This document shows positions 9,657-20,750 of a DNA stretch of 63,521 bases, piece after piece. The notes below the pieces were generated by a model. It ran no database searches. It saw only the letters and a program-made list of their open reading frames with translations, and was not told where the DNA came from. Origin of the DNA: an uncultured Chloroflexia bacterium (lineage in GTDB: Bacteria; Chloroflexota; Anaerolineae; B4-G1; SLSP01); NCBI GenBank assembly GCA_963751345.1, contig CAVVUS010000036.1:1-63521 (forward strand). Reading direction: 5' to 3'. Position numbers and translations under genes: made by a program. Position 1 is the stretch's first letter. Each line of letters opens with the position of its first letter.

Positions 9657-10704
9657 CTACGCCAGACGCGCGCGGAGGGCGTCGAGTAGGCCGTCGGGCG
9701 GGTCGAAGGGCAGGTCGATCGCGGTCGCCGTCAGCGCGCTGGCATAGGTCGCCAGGATGATGTTGAATTGCTCCAGGTTGAGCGCCAGCCGCGTGGGGTG
9801 CAGCTTTTCGCCATCCGCTGCCCAGTCAAAGGCCGCGTCGAGCAGGGCCGCCTGGGCGCGGACGTCCTCGTAGGCGTAGTCGTGGATGCCGCTCTCGTAG
9901 CCGCTCTCCTGCGTGAACCGCTCCCATCCGTGCATCGTCCACTGCACATAGCCTCGCGACCCATAGACCGCCAACCGCTTGTGCGCGTAGATCGAGGCGT
10001 GGTCGCCGACCCTGGGGGCGATATGGCCGCTGAGGAGCAGCGCTTGCACCCCATTCTCGAACGTGACGGCGGCCTCGGCGATGTCGGGGGAGGGTTGGTA
10101 GCCGACGCCGTCGGGAAGGCCGGTCTTGGGCACCAGGTTCTGCGCGCCCGAGACCTGGCCGAAGACCCGGACGGCGGCGGCGCCGCCGTTGTAGGTATAG
10201 GCCAGTTCCAGGACGTGCACGCCCTGATCGAGGATGGTGGAGCGCGCGCTGGCGTCGAGGAAGCGTACTTCACCGATGCGTCCCTCCGCCACGTCGCGCT
10301 TCAGCATCAGGTTCTGGTTGATGGAAGTGGAGCTGGGTATTCACCACGAAGCGGGTCTTCGAGGTCTCGTTGAGCGTCTTGATCTGGCGGTAGTCCTCGC
10401 CCTGCACCGCGACGGGTTTCTCGACGATGACGACGGGCACCTCGTAGGCGGCTGCGAGCTTCATCAGGTCGACGCGGATGGTCGGCGCGGTCACGATGTC
10501 GAGGACGTCGGGCTTCTCCTTCTCCAGCATCTCGCGGATGTCGGTGTACTGGTGTTCCGCGTCGACGCCGAAATCGCGCCCGAACGCCGTGCGGCGCTCG
10601 TCATTGAAGTCGCAGATGGCGCCGATCTCGCCCTTCTGCACGAACTCGTAGGCCTCGGCGTGGCGCCGCGCCCGTGGACCACATCCCAGGTGTGCCGATT
10701 TCAT
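9657..10704 (-). CDS. Gfo/Idh/MocA family oxidoreductase, frameshifted near 10310
   Basis: LGCGPRA, PDVLDIVT, IVEKPVA, DQGVH. Confidence 0.85.
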
Positions 10705-10856
10705 GTTGCGTTCCTCCTATTGGCTGCGGACAGGGACCGAAGGTTATGAGAGCTTTTCGCTGGAAATCGCCTAAGCTGTAGCATGATGATGTGGCTTGTC
10801 AAGGCTCCGAACGCACAAGCACCTGATCAAGGTGCGTCCACGCTACAGCATCGGTG

Positions 10857-11912
10857 CTATTCTTCGTCCACCCCGGTTGGCGCGTAGGCCGGCGCCAGGG
10901 TCAACGGCGGCGCCGATGGCTTCCAGAATCCCCGCTTGCCCAACGCCTTGCCCAGATAGACCAGGCTGAGCATCACCGGCACTTCCCAGAACAAGCCCAT
11001 CGTGGTTCCCAGGGCAGCCATCGAGCCAACGCCGTACATCGCCACGGCTGTCGCAATGGCGATCTCGAAGTGGCTGGACGAGCCGATGATCACGGTCGTG
11101 ATCGCTTCCCGATAGGCCAACTTGAAGGCCCGGGTGATCAGCAGGTTGTAGCCCACCACGATGAAAAAACCGAGCAACAGTGGGGCCGAGATCAGCAGCA
11201 GGGCGTCGTAGTTTTCGAGCAGCACCTGGCCATTGAGTGAGAAGAGCACTACCAACGTCATCAGCAGGGCGCCGATGGCGATCTTTTCCACCGTCCGTCG
11301 ATAGGTGTGTTCAAACCACTCGGCACCTTTGGCCCGGATCAATAGGCGCTTACTCACAATCCCCAGGATGAGCGGCAGGCCAATGAACACCGCGGCCGAG
11401 ATCACCAACTGCCAACGGTCGATCCGGATGCCCTGGATCCCTGTGAGAAATGAGACGACCGGCACGTATAGCACCATGATCGTCAGCGTGTTGAGGCTGG
11501 TATTGAGGACGTTCTGTTCCTGGTTGCCCTCGGCCAGCCGTCCCCACACCAGTACCATGGCCGTGCAGGGGCTGGATCCCAAGAGAATGAGCGCGACCAT
11601 CAGTTGCTCATTACTTCTGAGGAACAGCCTCGCCAGGAGTGCGGACAGCAGCGGCGCGATCACCCAGTTCGAGAAGAGGCTGAGCAAGATCGGCTTGGGG
11701 TTCCGCCTGAGCTTCTTCAGCTCGGACACCTGGAGGTTGAGCAGGGCAGGGTACATCATCAGGAAGAGGCAGACGCCGATGGGGATGGAGATGCCGCGAA
11801 TCTGCCACGAATCGATGGTCTCGCCGATGCCAGGCACTGTCTGCGACAGAACAATGCCGGCGCCCATGCAAAGAGCGACCCATAGGGCCAAGAACTTCTC
11901 GAACGTTTTCAT
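10857..11912 (-). CDS. acr3: Arsenite efflux transporter, ACR3 family
   Basis: FEKFLALWVALCM, LFLMMYP, NWVIAP, SPCTAMVLVW, SSHFEIAIA. Confidence 0.9.
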   Translation of the reverse strand: MKTFEKFLALWVALCMGAGIVLSQTVPGIGETIDSWQIRGISIPIGVCLFLMMYPALLNLQVSELKKLRRNPKPILLSLFSNWVIAPLLSALLARLFLRSNEQLMVALILLGSSPCTAMVLVWGRLAEGNQEQNVLNTSLNTLTIMVLYVPVVSFLTGIQGIRIDRWQLVISAAVFIGLPLILGIVSKRLLIRAKGAEWFEHTYRRTVEKIAIGALLMTLVVLFSLNGQVLLENYDALLLISAPLLLGFFIVVGYNLLITRAFKLAYREAITTVIIGSSSHFEIAIATAVAMYGVGSMAALGTTMGLFWEVPVMLSLVYLGKALGKRGFWKPSAPPLTLAPAYAPTGVDEE

Positions 11913-11982
11913 TTTGATCTCTCCTCCACCATATTTCGCCCCCTAAGGGTAGATCGCCGTAAGATCCGGTGCGTGTTGCGGG

Positions 11983-12480
11983 TCATTCAAAGCTCGCCGC
12001 GATAGTCTGCAGCGTCTGTGTAACGGTCTGGCCCGTGGTGTCGAGCTTGATCACGTAGTCGGGCCACGCGATCGCCTCGAGCTCGGCCTGGAGTTCATCC
12101 ACCCTTCTGCCCATCACGTCACCGGGGGAGCGCTGGTCGTCTCGCTGATGGTTCTCTGCGGGGGCACAGGTTAGCCAGAAGAATCGGAGCCGAGCCTTGT
12201 CCCCCAGTTGGCGGCGTAGGACCTCGAGGCCATCCGGCGTCCAGACGTTGTCGATCGCCACGTCGAGCCCCATCGCCAGGTAGTCCTCGGCGAGAAGAAT
12301 CGCGTGTCGGGCGAGGAGCGGCTCCTGGAACCCGTCGGCGACCTGGAGCGCCGGGTTGCGGATCCAGGTACGGAAATAGTCGCAGTCGATGGTCGCGCCC
12401 AGGCGCTGGTCGGCCCAGCGCCAGCAGGTGGTTGATTTGCCGACCCCGCACGTTCCGGTGACGATGAGAATATCGTTCAT
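11983..12480 (-). CDS. P-loop kinase / AAA_33-like protein
   Basis: IVTGTCGVGKST Walker A, small nucleotide-kinase-like size. Confidence 0.75.
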   Translation of the reverse strand: MNDILIVTGTCGVGKSTTCWRWADQRLGATIDCDYFRTWIRNPALQVADGFQEPLLARHAILLAEDYLAMGLDVAIDNVWTPDGLEVLRRQLGDKARLRFFWLTCAPAENHQRDDQRSPGDVMGRRVDELQAELEAIAWPDYVIKLDTTGQTVTQTLQTIAASFE

Positions 12481-12540
12481 AGCCAGGTATAATGCCTGTT
12501 ATACACGGTTCGTGTGGTGCGGGCAAGGAGGCGACAAGCC

Positions 12541-12736
12541 ATGCCTCGATCTACCGGTCGACAACCACGGATGAGAGGTCTCAAGCCGACGCTGAGTGGC
12601 GTGGGGCGTACATTGGCGACCATCCTGGTGGTGCTGATCCTCGCGCTGGTAGCCGAGCACATCTGTCAAGCTGCTGGCAGCGGCGGCACTCGTGTATGCG
12701 GGGGTGCGCACCGCCTGGGGGTTCCGACGGGCGTGA
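12541..12736 (+). CDS. Small two-TM membrane protein, one frameshift
   Basis: AAGGAGG RBS then ATG 12541. LATILVVLILALV, then in a shifted frame SVKLLAAAALVYAGVRTAWGFRRA*. Confidence 0.5.
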
Positions 12737-12829
12737 GGCTGGCGCTGCCTTGATCTGCAGTCTGTCCTTCCTATAATGGGGTCGGGCGCCGGGTGAGGGC
12801 GCCGCCATACTATAGGACAAAGGACCATC

Positions 12830-13741
12830 GTGCTACTCAACGTGCTGCTGTTGCTCCTCAGCGTCTTTTCCGCCTCCACCGCCGTCATTATGATCAAAGC
12901 CAGCACGCTGCACCCTGTGTTGTTGGCGTCGCTGCGGCTTTTTGTGGCAACCCTGGTGCTGCTGCCGCTCTTCCTACGCGACCTCCGCCGCCACCGTGCC
13001 GAGTACACGCGAGCGCATCTGCTGGCGTCGGTAGTGCCCGGTCTGGTTCTCGGCGTGCATCTGATGACGTGGGTGGTAGGGGCACGGATGACCCCGACCG
13101 CCAACGCCAGCCTGATCGTCAACCTGGTGCCGCTGGCTATGCCCTTCTTCCTGGTCTGGCTGGCCAGCGAGGCACTGACCCAACGGGAGATCGCGGCCAC
13201 GGGCATCGCCCTGACAGGCGTCGTGATCCTGACGGCGTCGGATCTTAACCTGAGCGCGACGTACTTCGCCGGCGACGTGATCTGCCTGGGGTCGATGCTC
13301 TTCTACGCGCTCTATATGGCATTGGGAAGGCGCAACCGGCATCACCCGACCGTCTGGCTCTACCTGGTGCCACTCTATGCCGTCGCCGCCGTGAGCAGCA
13401 TGGTCGTGGCGCTCTTTTTCGTCAACCCGATCCAGCCCTACACCAGCCGCGAGGTCGGCCTGATCCTGGGGCTGGGTATCGTGCCGACGGTGATCGGCCA
13501 CTCGCTGCTGAACCGGGCGATGAAGTACTTCCGCGGCCAGATCGTGAGCCTGATCAACATGGGCCAGTTCATCTTTGCCGGCGGCATGGCCTACTTTCTG
13601 TGGCACGAGGTGCCCGGGGGGCCGTTCTACGTCGCGAGCCTGCTGCTGGTCGTGAGTGCGTGGGTGGCGGTGGGCGGAAGGACAATCAGCGGTCAGCGGT
13701 CGGCTACCAGCAGGGAGCAAGGAGTACGAAGTATGGAGTAA
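12830..13741 (+). CDS. DMT/EamA family transporter
   Basis: About 10 hydrophobic helices in two repeats, GDVICLGS, GIVPTVIGHSLLN. Confidence 0.88.
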   Translation: MLLNVLLLLLSVFSASTAVIMIKASTLHPVLLASLRLFVATLVLLPLFLRDLRRHRAEYTRAHLLASVVPGLVLGVHLMTWVVGARMTPTANASLIVNLVPLAMPFFLVWLASEALTQREIAATGIALTGVVILTASDLNLSATYFAGDVICLGSMLFYALYMALGRRNRHHPTVWLYLVPLYAVAAVSSMVVALFFVNPIQPYTSREVGLILGLGIVPTVIGHSLLNRAMKYFRGQIVSLINMGQFIFAGGMAYFLWHEVPGGPFYVASLLLVVSAWVAVGGRTISGQRSATSREQGVRSME

Positions 13742-13836
13742 GGTTCAGAGGTCTCCGCTGTGAGCCTTGCTCCGTACTCCTTACTTCCTACTCCTTGCCA
13801 ACGTCTGACCGCTGAAAGCTGAGAGCTGAGAGCTGC
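13686..13836. repeat. Nested heptamer-repeat palindrome
   Basis: TCAGCGG repeats pair with CTGACCGCTGA/(GAGCTGA)n. Inner GCAAGGAGTA (13717-13726) pairs with TACTCCTTGC (13789-13798). Confidence 0.7.
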
Positions 13837-13857
13837 CAGCTATTAATCGGAGGCGAT

Positions 13858-15066
13858 ATGAGCAAACGTGACGTGATCCGCACCGTGCTTGCGGGCGAGG
13901 CGCCGCCCTACGTGCCCTGGTCGATGGGGTTCACGGTGGAGGCGGCGGAGAAGCTGCGCGCGTACTACGCGCCCAGCGATCTGGGAGAGGTGCTGGATAA
14001 CCACCTCGGCGGGGTGGGCGACGACGCAAGTCTTTTCACCGATCTCGGCGACGACCACGTGCGCGACGTCTTCGGGGTCGTGTGGGACCGCCGGATCGAC
14101 AAGGACATCGGCGTCGTGGTGGGCCAGCTCTTGCCGGAGGCCACGCTGGCGCACACTGAGTTCCCTGATCCTCTCAGTCCTGTTTTCTTCGACGGGATCG
14201 AGGCGCAGTTAGCACGCCAGTCAGACCTGTTCCGCGTCTTTCGCATCGGGTTCAGCCTCTACGAGCGGGCCTGGACGATGCGGGGGATGGCGAACCTGAT
14301 GATGGATTTCTACGACCATCCGGCGTTCGTCCACGAACTCCTCAACACGATCGCGGACTGGAACATCGCCCAGGTCCGGAAGGCCGTCACCTACGACGTC
14401 GACGCGGTGTACTTCGGCGATGACTGGGGCCAGCAGCGAGGGCTCCAGATGGGGCCCAAGCTGTGGCGCGAGTTCATCTATCCGCCGCTCAAGCGGATGT
14501 ATGCCGCGGTGAAGGAGGCCGGTAAGGTCATCTTTATCCACTCGTGCGGCGACGTGGACGAGCTCTTCGACGACCTGATCGACATCGGCCTCGACTGCTT
14601 CAACCCCTTCCAGCCCGAGGTCATGGACGTCTACGCCCTGATGCGGCGGTACCAGCGGCCGGCTGACCTTCCACGGCGGGATGTCGACGCAGCGCACGCT
14701 GCCTTACGGCACGGTCGACGAGGTGGTCGCGGAGACGAAGCGGCTGCTGGCGGCGGGCGCGAGGGGAACTACATCTTCGCCCCCGCCCACGCGGTCGAGG
14801 GCGACGTGCCGGTGGAGAACATGGTGGCGATGATTGAGACGGTTAAGGCGCAAGAAGGTCTGGACGACGGATCGAGTCGCTCGGAAGCGCGAGAGCCGCT
14901 CGGAGGCGAGAGTTGCTCAGAGGCGCGTGCCGCTCAGAAGCGGACGGATTGCACGGATAGTCAGCGGACACCTTCCGGGTTGCTCCGGAGCAACCCGGAA
15001 GGTAGGTCGAGATCATTCTTACCGGGAGGACCCAATGAACGAATCAAAGGCGCCTTGGACCAGTGA
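13858..15066 (+). CDS. Uroporphyrinogen decarboxylase (URO-D/MtaA-like) family protein; compensating frameshifts, true 3' end probably about 14900
   Basis: RGMANLMMD, FGDDWGQQ, IHSCGDV, NPFQPE, YIFAPAH. Confidence 0.82.
   Translation: MSKRDVIRTVLAGEAPPYVPWSMGFTVEAAEKLRAYYAPSDLGEVLDNHLGGVGDDASLFTDLGDDHVRDVFGVVWDRRIDKDIGVVVGQLLPEATLAHTEFPDPLSPVFFDGIEAQLARQSDLFRVFRIGFSLYERAWTMRGMANLMMDFYDHPAFVHELLNTIADWNIAQVRKAVTYDVDAVYFGDDWGQQRGLQMGPKLWREFIYPPLKRMYAAVKEAGKVIFIHSCGDVDELFDDLIDIGLDCFNPFQPEVMDVYALMRRYQRPADLPRRDVDAAHAALRHGRRGGRGDEAAAGGGREGNYIFAPAHAVEGDVPVENMVAMIETVKAQEGLDDGSSRSEAREPLGGESCSEARAAQKRTDCTDSQRTPSGLLRSNPEGRSRSFLPGGPNERIKGALDQ
14970..15003. repeat. Perfect 34-bp palindrome
   Basis: ACCTTCCGGGTTGCTCCGGAGCAACCCGGAAGGT is self-complementary. 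Confidence 0.75.
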
Positions 15067-17020
15067 GATCCAAATCCACTATCCGCTGATCACCGAGACG
15101 GCGTTGTCGCCCGATGGCACGGCGGTCGTCTACGTCGTCCGTGAGCCGCTGATGACCAAGTCGGAGAGCCGCTACCTGACGCACCTCTATTTGGCGCTGG
15201 TCGAGGGCGGCGAGCCGATCGAGCTCACGTGGGGTGACCATAGTAACCACCACCCACGCTGGTCGCCCGACGGACGGTTCCTGGCTTTCTCTCCGACCGG
15301 AAGGGCAAGGCTAACGTCTACGTGATGCGCGCGGGCGGAGGCGAGGCATGGGCGCTGACGGCCTACGAGGATACACGCGTATCGCGATGTGAAGTGGTCG
15401 CCTGACGGCAACCGGCTGGCATTTCTGATGGAAGAGCCGCCCACCAGGAAGAAGAAGGCGGCGCGGAAGGCCAGGAACGAAGTGAAGCTGTGGGATCAGG
15501 ATTTCGAGTTTGCGCATCTCTTTACTGTGCCCTTCGTCGTCGCCCCGCGGACACCGCCGGATACCGTGCAGGTCACACGGGGACGGGTGCACGTCGTCGA
15601 GCACAATTGGATGCCCGACGGGAACAGGATTGCGCTCGTGGCGCAACCGACACCCTACGCGGACTTGTGGACTGAGACGCGGCTCTTTACCGTTGCCGCT
15701 GATCTTCCAGAGGGTGGCACGCCCTATGGCGTAGACGACTTTGTCGAGCTTGCGACGGTCGCGGACGGGTCGCCTGAGCCGATGCCGTCGCCCGACGGGC
15801 GGTGGATTGCGTGCGTGACCGGCGATCAGCCACCGCACTGGGCTGGCGCCAGTCGCGTCGTACTCTATCGCGCCGACGGAGGCACGCCTCGGCCGCTGGC
15901 TGCGACGCCTGACGGGCAATGCTGGCTGATCGGCTGGTCGGCAGGTGGCGATCGGGTCTATGTGGGCGAGGCCGGTGGCATCGATACCCATATCTGGGCG
16001 CTGCCCGTGTCCGGCAACGCCGGCACACCGGTACTTACCACGCCCACCTATAAAGGAGCACTGCACACGCCAGGCAATGACGCGATCGCTTACGCGGCGG
16101 AAACCTTCCACAAGCCGAACGCGGTCTGTGTGTGGCGGGTGGGGGCGGGCGAGCCGCAAAGCGTGGCTGCGCCACCGCTGCCCGGAGGCTGGCCCGAAGA
16201 CACGTTGCCGGACGTGGACGTGATCCATTGGCAGGGCCCGGGAGATCAGGAGATCGAGGGGATGGTGACCTTCCCGGTGGGCTACCGGCCGGGTGACGTC
16301 TGTCCGCTGGTTGTGGATGTACACGGCGGACCGGCGGGCGTCTTCCAGCGGCGCTTTCTGGGGTTCCCCGACCGCCATTGCGATGTTCTGGCGCTGGCCG
16401 GGCAGGGCTTTGCCGTGTTGCGCGCAAATCCGCGCGGGTCGAGTGGCTACGGGCAGGCATTCCGCTTCGCCAACTATGGTGATTGGGGCGGGGGCGATTT
16501 TGGTGATATTATGGAAGGGATTGACGCGCTGGTCGGCGATGGCATCGTGGATCCCGAGCGGTTGGGGATCATGGGCTGGAGCTATGGCGGGTTTATGACC
16601 AGTTGGGCGATCACGCAGACGGACCGTTTTCGCGCGGCCTGCGTCGGGGCGGGGGTGACGAACCTGATGAGCTTCACGGGCACCGCCGATATTCCGGGCT
16701 TTCTGCCGGACTATTTCGGCGAGGAGTACTGGACGGATCTTGAGCGTTACCGCCAGCACTCGGCGCTCTTCAACATTCAGGGCGTCACCACACCGACGCT
16801 GATCCAGCACGGCGACGCTGACGATCGCGTGCCGTTGGGCCAGGGGCGGGAGTTGTACAATGCCCTGAAGCGACAGGGCGTCCCGGTGGAGATGGTCATC
16901 TATCCGCGCCAGGGGCACGGAGTCAGCGAACCGCGGATGCGCCTTGACGTGCGGAAGCGACCCGTCAATTGGTTTGTGAGGTGGGTATTGCCGGAGGCTC
17001 GGACAGATCACGGCGACTGA
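15035..17020 (+). CDS. S9 family peptidase (acylaminoacyl/dipeptidyl aminopeptidase), frameshifted near 15290-15390
   Basis: WSPDG propeller repeats, HGGP, GWSYGG nucleophile, DDRVP, HG catalytic His. Confidence 0.9.
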
Positions 17021-17041
17021 TCAGAACGAGGGGAGGGACCA

Positions 17042-17356
17042 ATGACAAACGAGGAAGCCATTCTGGCGAAGTTGGATCAGATACTGGAGCGGTTGGACGC
17101 CTTAGAGCGTGTGCGGGCCGAGCAAGTCGTGATCGAAGGCGGAACGATCAGTATTGCCTCGGGTGAGCACACGCCGGTCCTGGTGGCGCGGGTCGACGAC
17201 GTGGACGTTCGGTCAGAGCGCGATGTGTCGATCTACATCGGCGGGGATCTTAACGGCGTCGTCAGGACGAAAAAGGGTAAGCTCAGGATCAAGGCCAAGG
17301 GCGACATCACCGGCGCGACCTGGACTGCGGACGGCGGACTACAGGTCAAGTCCTAG
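17042..17356 (+). CDS. Hypothetical protein: short coiled coil + beta-helix-like (bactofilin/adhesin-like) region
   Basis: Good RBS. EEAILAKLDQILERLDALE then repeats such as IGGDLNGVV, AKGDITG. Confidence 0.55.
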   Translation: MTNEEAILAKLDQILERLDALERVRAEQVVIEGGTISIASGEHTPVLVARVDDVDVRSERDVSIYIGGDLNGVVRTKKGKLRIKAKGDITGATWTADGGLQVKS

Positions 17357-17360
17357 CGCC

Positions 17361-18155
17361 ATGGTCGACATCACAAGTGAGGCCCGGCTTCGGGCCCATT
17401 TACGCACGCTAAACGACTGCAACCAGCGAGGTGGAAGGCTGCTGTCGTTGGTCGACCTTATCGAGGCGGGGACCGTCGATCTCGACCTTGCCGCATACTT
17501 GGCGGCGGTGATGCGACGTGGCGGCTCGCTTCTGGTAGGGGCGCGGCCCGGCGGCGCCGGAAAGACCGCGGTCATGGTCGCCCTGCTCAACTTCCTCCCC
17601 AACGCCGTCGTGCTCCAGCCAATAGAGGGCCCGATAGTGTTACGCCGGGGAATGATGGATACAGCCTACGGCAAGACCTGTTTCCTCGCTCACGAGATCG
17701 GCGCGGGCTTCTACTACGCTTATCTTTGGGGCGATGAGGCGAAGGCGTTCTTCAAGCTTGCGGGGCGCGGTCACATTATCGCGTCGAATCTGCACGCCGA
17801 CACGCTTATTGAGGCGCAGAGCCAGTTGATTGACGAGAACGGTGTGGCGGCAGAGGACCTGCGCGCGGTAACGTTGAAGCTCTTCCTGCGGCTGGGGCGA
17901 GGGCCCGACCTCCGCATGCGCCGTTGGGTGAACACCGTCTATGAGTCTGATGGCCACCAGGAACGGCTGATGTGGCAGCTTGCGGAGAAAAACCGGTTCG
18001 CACGCTTGTCGGACAGCACGTTTGTCACACCCGACGCGGAGCAGATCTGTCGCGCCTTTCTGGAGACCCTCATCGCGCGTGGCGAGCGTACGCTTGAGGA
18101 GGTGCGCGTCGCTGTGATCCGCGACTGCAAAGCCGTACATCCGATCTCCGCGTAG
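17361..18155 (+). CDS. Type II/IV secretion (VirB11/CpaF/ArlI-like) ATPase domain protein
   Basis: DLIEAGT, LLVGARPGGAGKT Walker A, AHEIG Walker-B-like, SNLHAD His box. Confidence 0.65.
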   Translation: MVDITSEARLRAHLRTLNDCNQRGGRLLSLVDLIEAGTVDLDLAAYLAAVMRRGGSLLVGARPGGAGKTAVMVALLNFLPNAVVLQPIEGPIVLRRGMMDTAYGKTCFLAHEIGAGFYYAYLWGDEAKAFFKLAGRGHIIASNLHADTLIEAQSQLIDENGVAAEDLRAVTLKLFLRLGRGPDLRMRRWVNTVYESDGHQERLMWQLAEKNRFARLSDSTFVTPDAEQICRAFLETLIARGERTLEEVRVAVIRDCKAVHPISA

Positions 18156-18267
18156 GGGGTGTCGGGCATCTAGCCACGGCCGGGCAAGCGGAGACGGTTA
18201 GCAGTCTCTATAGATGTCATCCCTTACGGGCCTTTGAGCGTCACTTGTGGCGCTCGAAGACCGCCTA

Positions 18268-18879
18268 TCAGCCGCCGTACATCTCTTCGTAGTCTGCCAT
18301 GGCGGCCCTGATGAGCTCGTAGGCTTCTTCGCGGCCCACGACCCCCTCAACAGACATCCTTGACGGCTCCCCCGGAATCATCTTGTAGGTGCTGAAGTAG
18401 TGTCGCAAGCGGTTGACGAGGACGATGGGCACCTCGGAGATGTCGTTGACGGACTGCCAGAAGGTGTCATTCTGCAGAATGGCAATGATTTTGTCATCTG
18501 CCTCGCCGGTATCGATGGCCTTTAGCGCGCCCACGACGCGGGCATTCAGGATGACCTCGGCGCGGTTGAGGGGGCGCTCGCTGATGACGCAGATGTCCAG
18601 GGGGTCGTGGTCTCCCCGCTCGGACTTCGGGGAGAGCTCGTGAATCCTGGTCCCGCAGTAAGTGCGCGGAATGAAGCCGTAGAGCGTGGGAGGCTGCGAG
18701 GACGTCAACTGCGGCCGGTCAACACGCATATATCCGGTAGTTTTGTCTATCTCATACTTGATGTCGTCAAAGCGGCTCATCTCGATGTAGGCGTGGACGA
18801 TGCGAGGCACGTCAGGACCGGCTGCAAGCCCGTGCCAGGGATGCGGTCGCCAGCGGTAGAAAGCGTCCGGAAATGACAT
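18268..18879 (-). CDS. ppa: Inorganic pyrophosphatase (family I)
   Basis: [35 protein letters not shown]. Confidence 0.93.
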   Translation of the reverse strand: MSFPDAFYRWRPHPWHGLAAGPDVPRIVHAYIEMSRFDDIKYEIDKTTGYMRVDRPQLTSSQPPTLYGFIPRTYCGTRIHELSPKSERGDHDPLDICVISERPLNRAEVILNARVVGALKAIDTGEADDKIIAILQNDTFWQSVNDISEVPIVLVNRLRHYFSTYKMIPGEPSRMSVEGVVGREEAYELIRAAMADYEEMYGG

Positions 18880-18903
18880 ACTTCGACCTCCTGTGGACTC
18901 TCG

Positions 18904-20744
18904 TTACGGCTCCAGATGATATGGGACGTCGATAATCGTGCGCTGAAACCCGAGGACGCGACGCCGGTAGAGGAGAGCAGTCCGGATCGAAAGGGCGCTC
19001 TGATTGTGTAGCAAGCTCTGCCACCAGCGAGCGGGGACGACCTCCGGCAGGACCACGGTGGCCAGTTGGCCGTCTGCAGCCTGACGATCGATCTCGTCCA
19101 AGTAGTCGAACAACGGGGTGAGCAGCGAGCGATAGGGCGAGGGAATCACGACCAAAGGTACGTCCGGACAACACTGTTGCCAGGCTGACCTCGACGTTCC
19201 CAGCGGTACCGGGGTCGATCTCGACATAGACAGCGGTCACATCAGGTGAGATGGCACGGGCATAGGCTACGGCTTCCATAATCCCCTGATGTACTGCGGA
19301 GATCGGGACAACGATCCGTGGCGTGGGATGGCGTTTCGACCGCTTGCTTTGCCCGAGCGACGGAGAGCTGCCGGTTCGCCGTATCGTAGTGTTTCCGGAT
19401 CTCCAGGAACATACCTACCAACAAAGGTATGAGGAGCACCGTGATCCATGCGCCCTCAAGGAACTTGCTGACCCCGACGATCACCACAGTCGCCCCGGTG
19501 GCAACTGCACCGATGCCATTGAGCAGGGCCTTGGCCCACCACCAAGGGCCTCGGACGTGCCACCAGTGAACGACCATCCCTGCCTGCGAGAGCGTAAAGG
19601 CTATGAAAACGCCCACGGCAAAGAGAGGGATTAGAGCGTGCGTGTCGCCACCGAAGGCAATGATGAGAATAGCCGCCGCGATACTGAGGGCACCGATGGC
19701 GTTGGCGTAGACGAGGCGGTCCCCGAGATTGCGGAGCTGGTGTGGAACGAACTCCTCTTTGGAGAGGATGGCTGCCAGCCGGGGAAAGCCCGCGAAGCTG
19801 GTGTTGGCCGCTACGGCGAGGATCAGCGTGGTTGTGATCTGGATGAACCAGTGAAGGACGCCCTTACCCACAATGCGCTGCGCTAACGCCGAGAGGATGG
19901 TCTCCTCCGGCCCTGTGGTGACGGAGAATGCTTGCGTGAGACCCACGCTGCCCGCAAAGAGGAGGCCCATCAGGATGGCCATTGCCAGGAGTGTTCGCCC
20001 GGCGTTGCGGGGCTTCGGCACTTGGAAGACTGGGACGCCGTTGCTGATTGCCTCGATACCTGTCAGAGCGGTGCACCCGGAGGCAAAGGCGCGCAAGACG
20101 AGGGCGGACGTGAGTGTCTGGGTCGATGGTAGCGGCGAAGGCGCGAGCGGTCCCGGGCCGGCCACGATGAGACGAATCAGCCCGTAAGCCAGCATACCCA
20201 GGTAGCTCAAGACGAACAGATAGACGGGTACCGCCATCAGGGTCCCACTTTCCTTGGTACCGCGCAGGTTGGCGAGCGTGATCGCAAGCAAGAAGAGGAG
20301 GGCGATCTGAACCTGGTAGGGCCAGAGCGCCGGAAACGCCGAGGCAATCGCGGCCACCGCCGCAGTCAGGCTCACCGCTGCCGTCAGTAGATAGCCGATT
20401 AGGAGGGCCGCCGCCGCTACCAGGCCCGGCAGAATGCCGAGGTTCGCCCGGGTGACGGCATAGGAACCACCCCCCGAGGGATAGGCATAGACCGTCTGCA
20501 GATAAGAGAGGGCGACAAGCACCAGCAGCAGCGTGATGGCAACGCCGATGGGAAAGGTGAGTGCCAACCCAGCGCTGCCGGCGACTACCAGTGCCAGGTA
20601 GATCTCTTCATTGGCGTAGGCGATGGATGAGAGGGCGTCAGGAGAAAACGCGGCCAGAGCCTGCAGCTTGGTCAGGCTCTGGCCCTCGAGTTCGTGTGTT
20701 GGTAGCGGTGGGCCAATAACCTTGTTTCGCAGCTGCGTCCACAT
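18904..20744 (-). CDS. APC-family transporter (KimA/YdaO-like), frameshifted near 19320
   Basis: DALSSIAYANEE, YPSGGGSY, GCTALTGIEAISNGVP, SPYRSL, LHNQSA. Confidence 0.85.
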
Positions 20745-20750
20745 AGGAAG

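Noticed and set aside
10857-11912. Arsenic resistance operon
   Set aside because: acr3 is alone, with no arsR or arsC adjacent; an ordinary orphan transporter.
12541-12753. ORF reading ...VLILALVAEHICQAAGSGGTRVCGG..., superficially a second Cys/Gly peptide precursor like 44568
   Set aside because: A one-base shift gives a far more natural second TM helix (VKLLAAAALVYAGVRTAWGFRRA*), so the Cys-Gly tail is probably an off-frame artefact.
9514-13836. Short repeats considered as CRISPR arrays
   Set aside because: They are inverted or heptameric, lack regular unique spacers, and no cas genes are present.
15311-17011. Long antisense ORFs (e.g. 15311-17011, 48804-50264, 42786-43922)
   Set aside because: They are shadows of well-supported genes on the opposite strand, expected in high-GC DNA.
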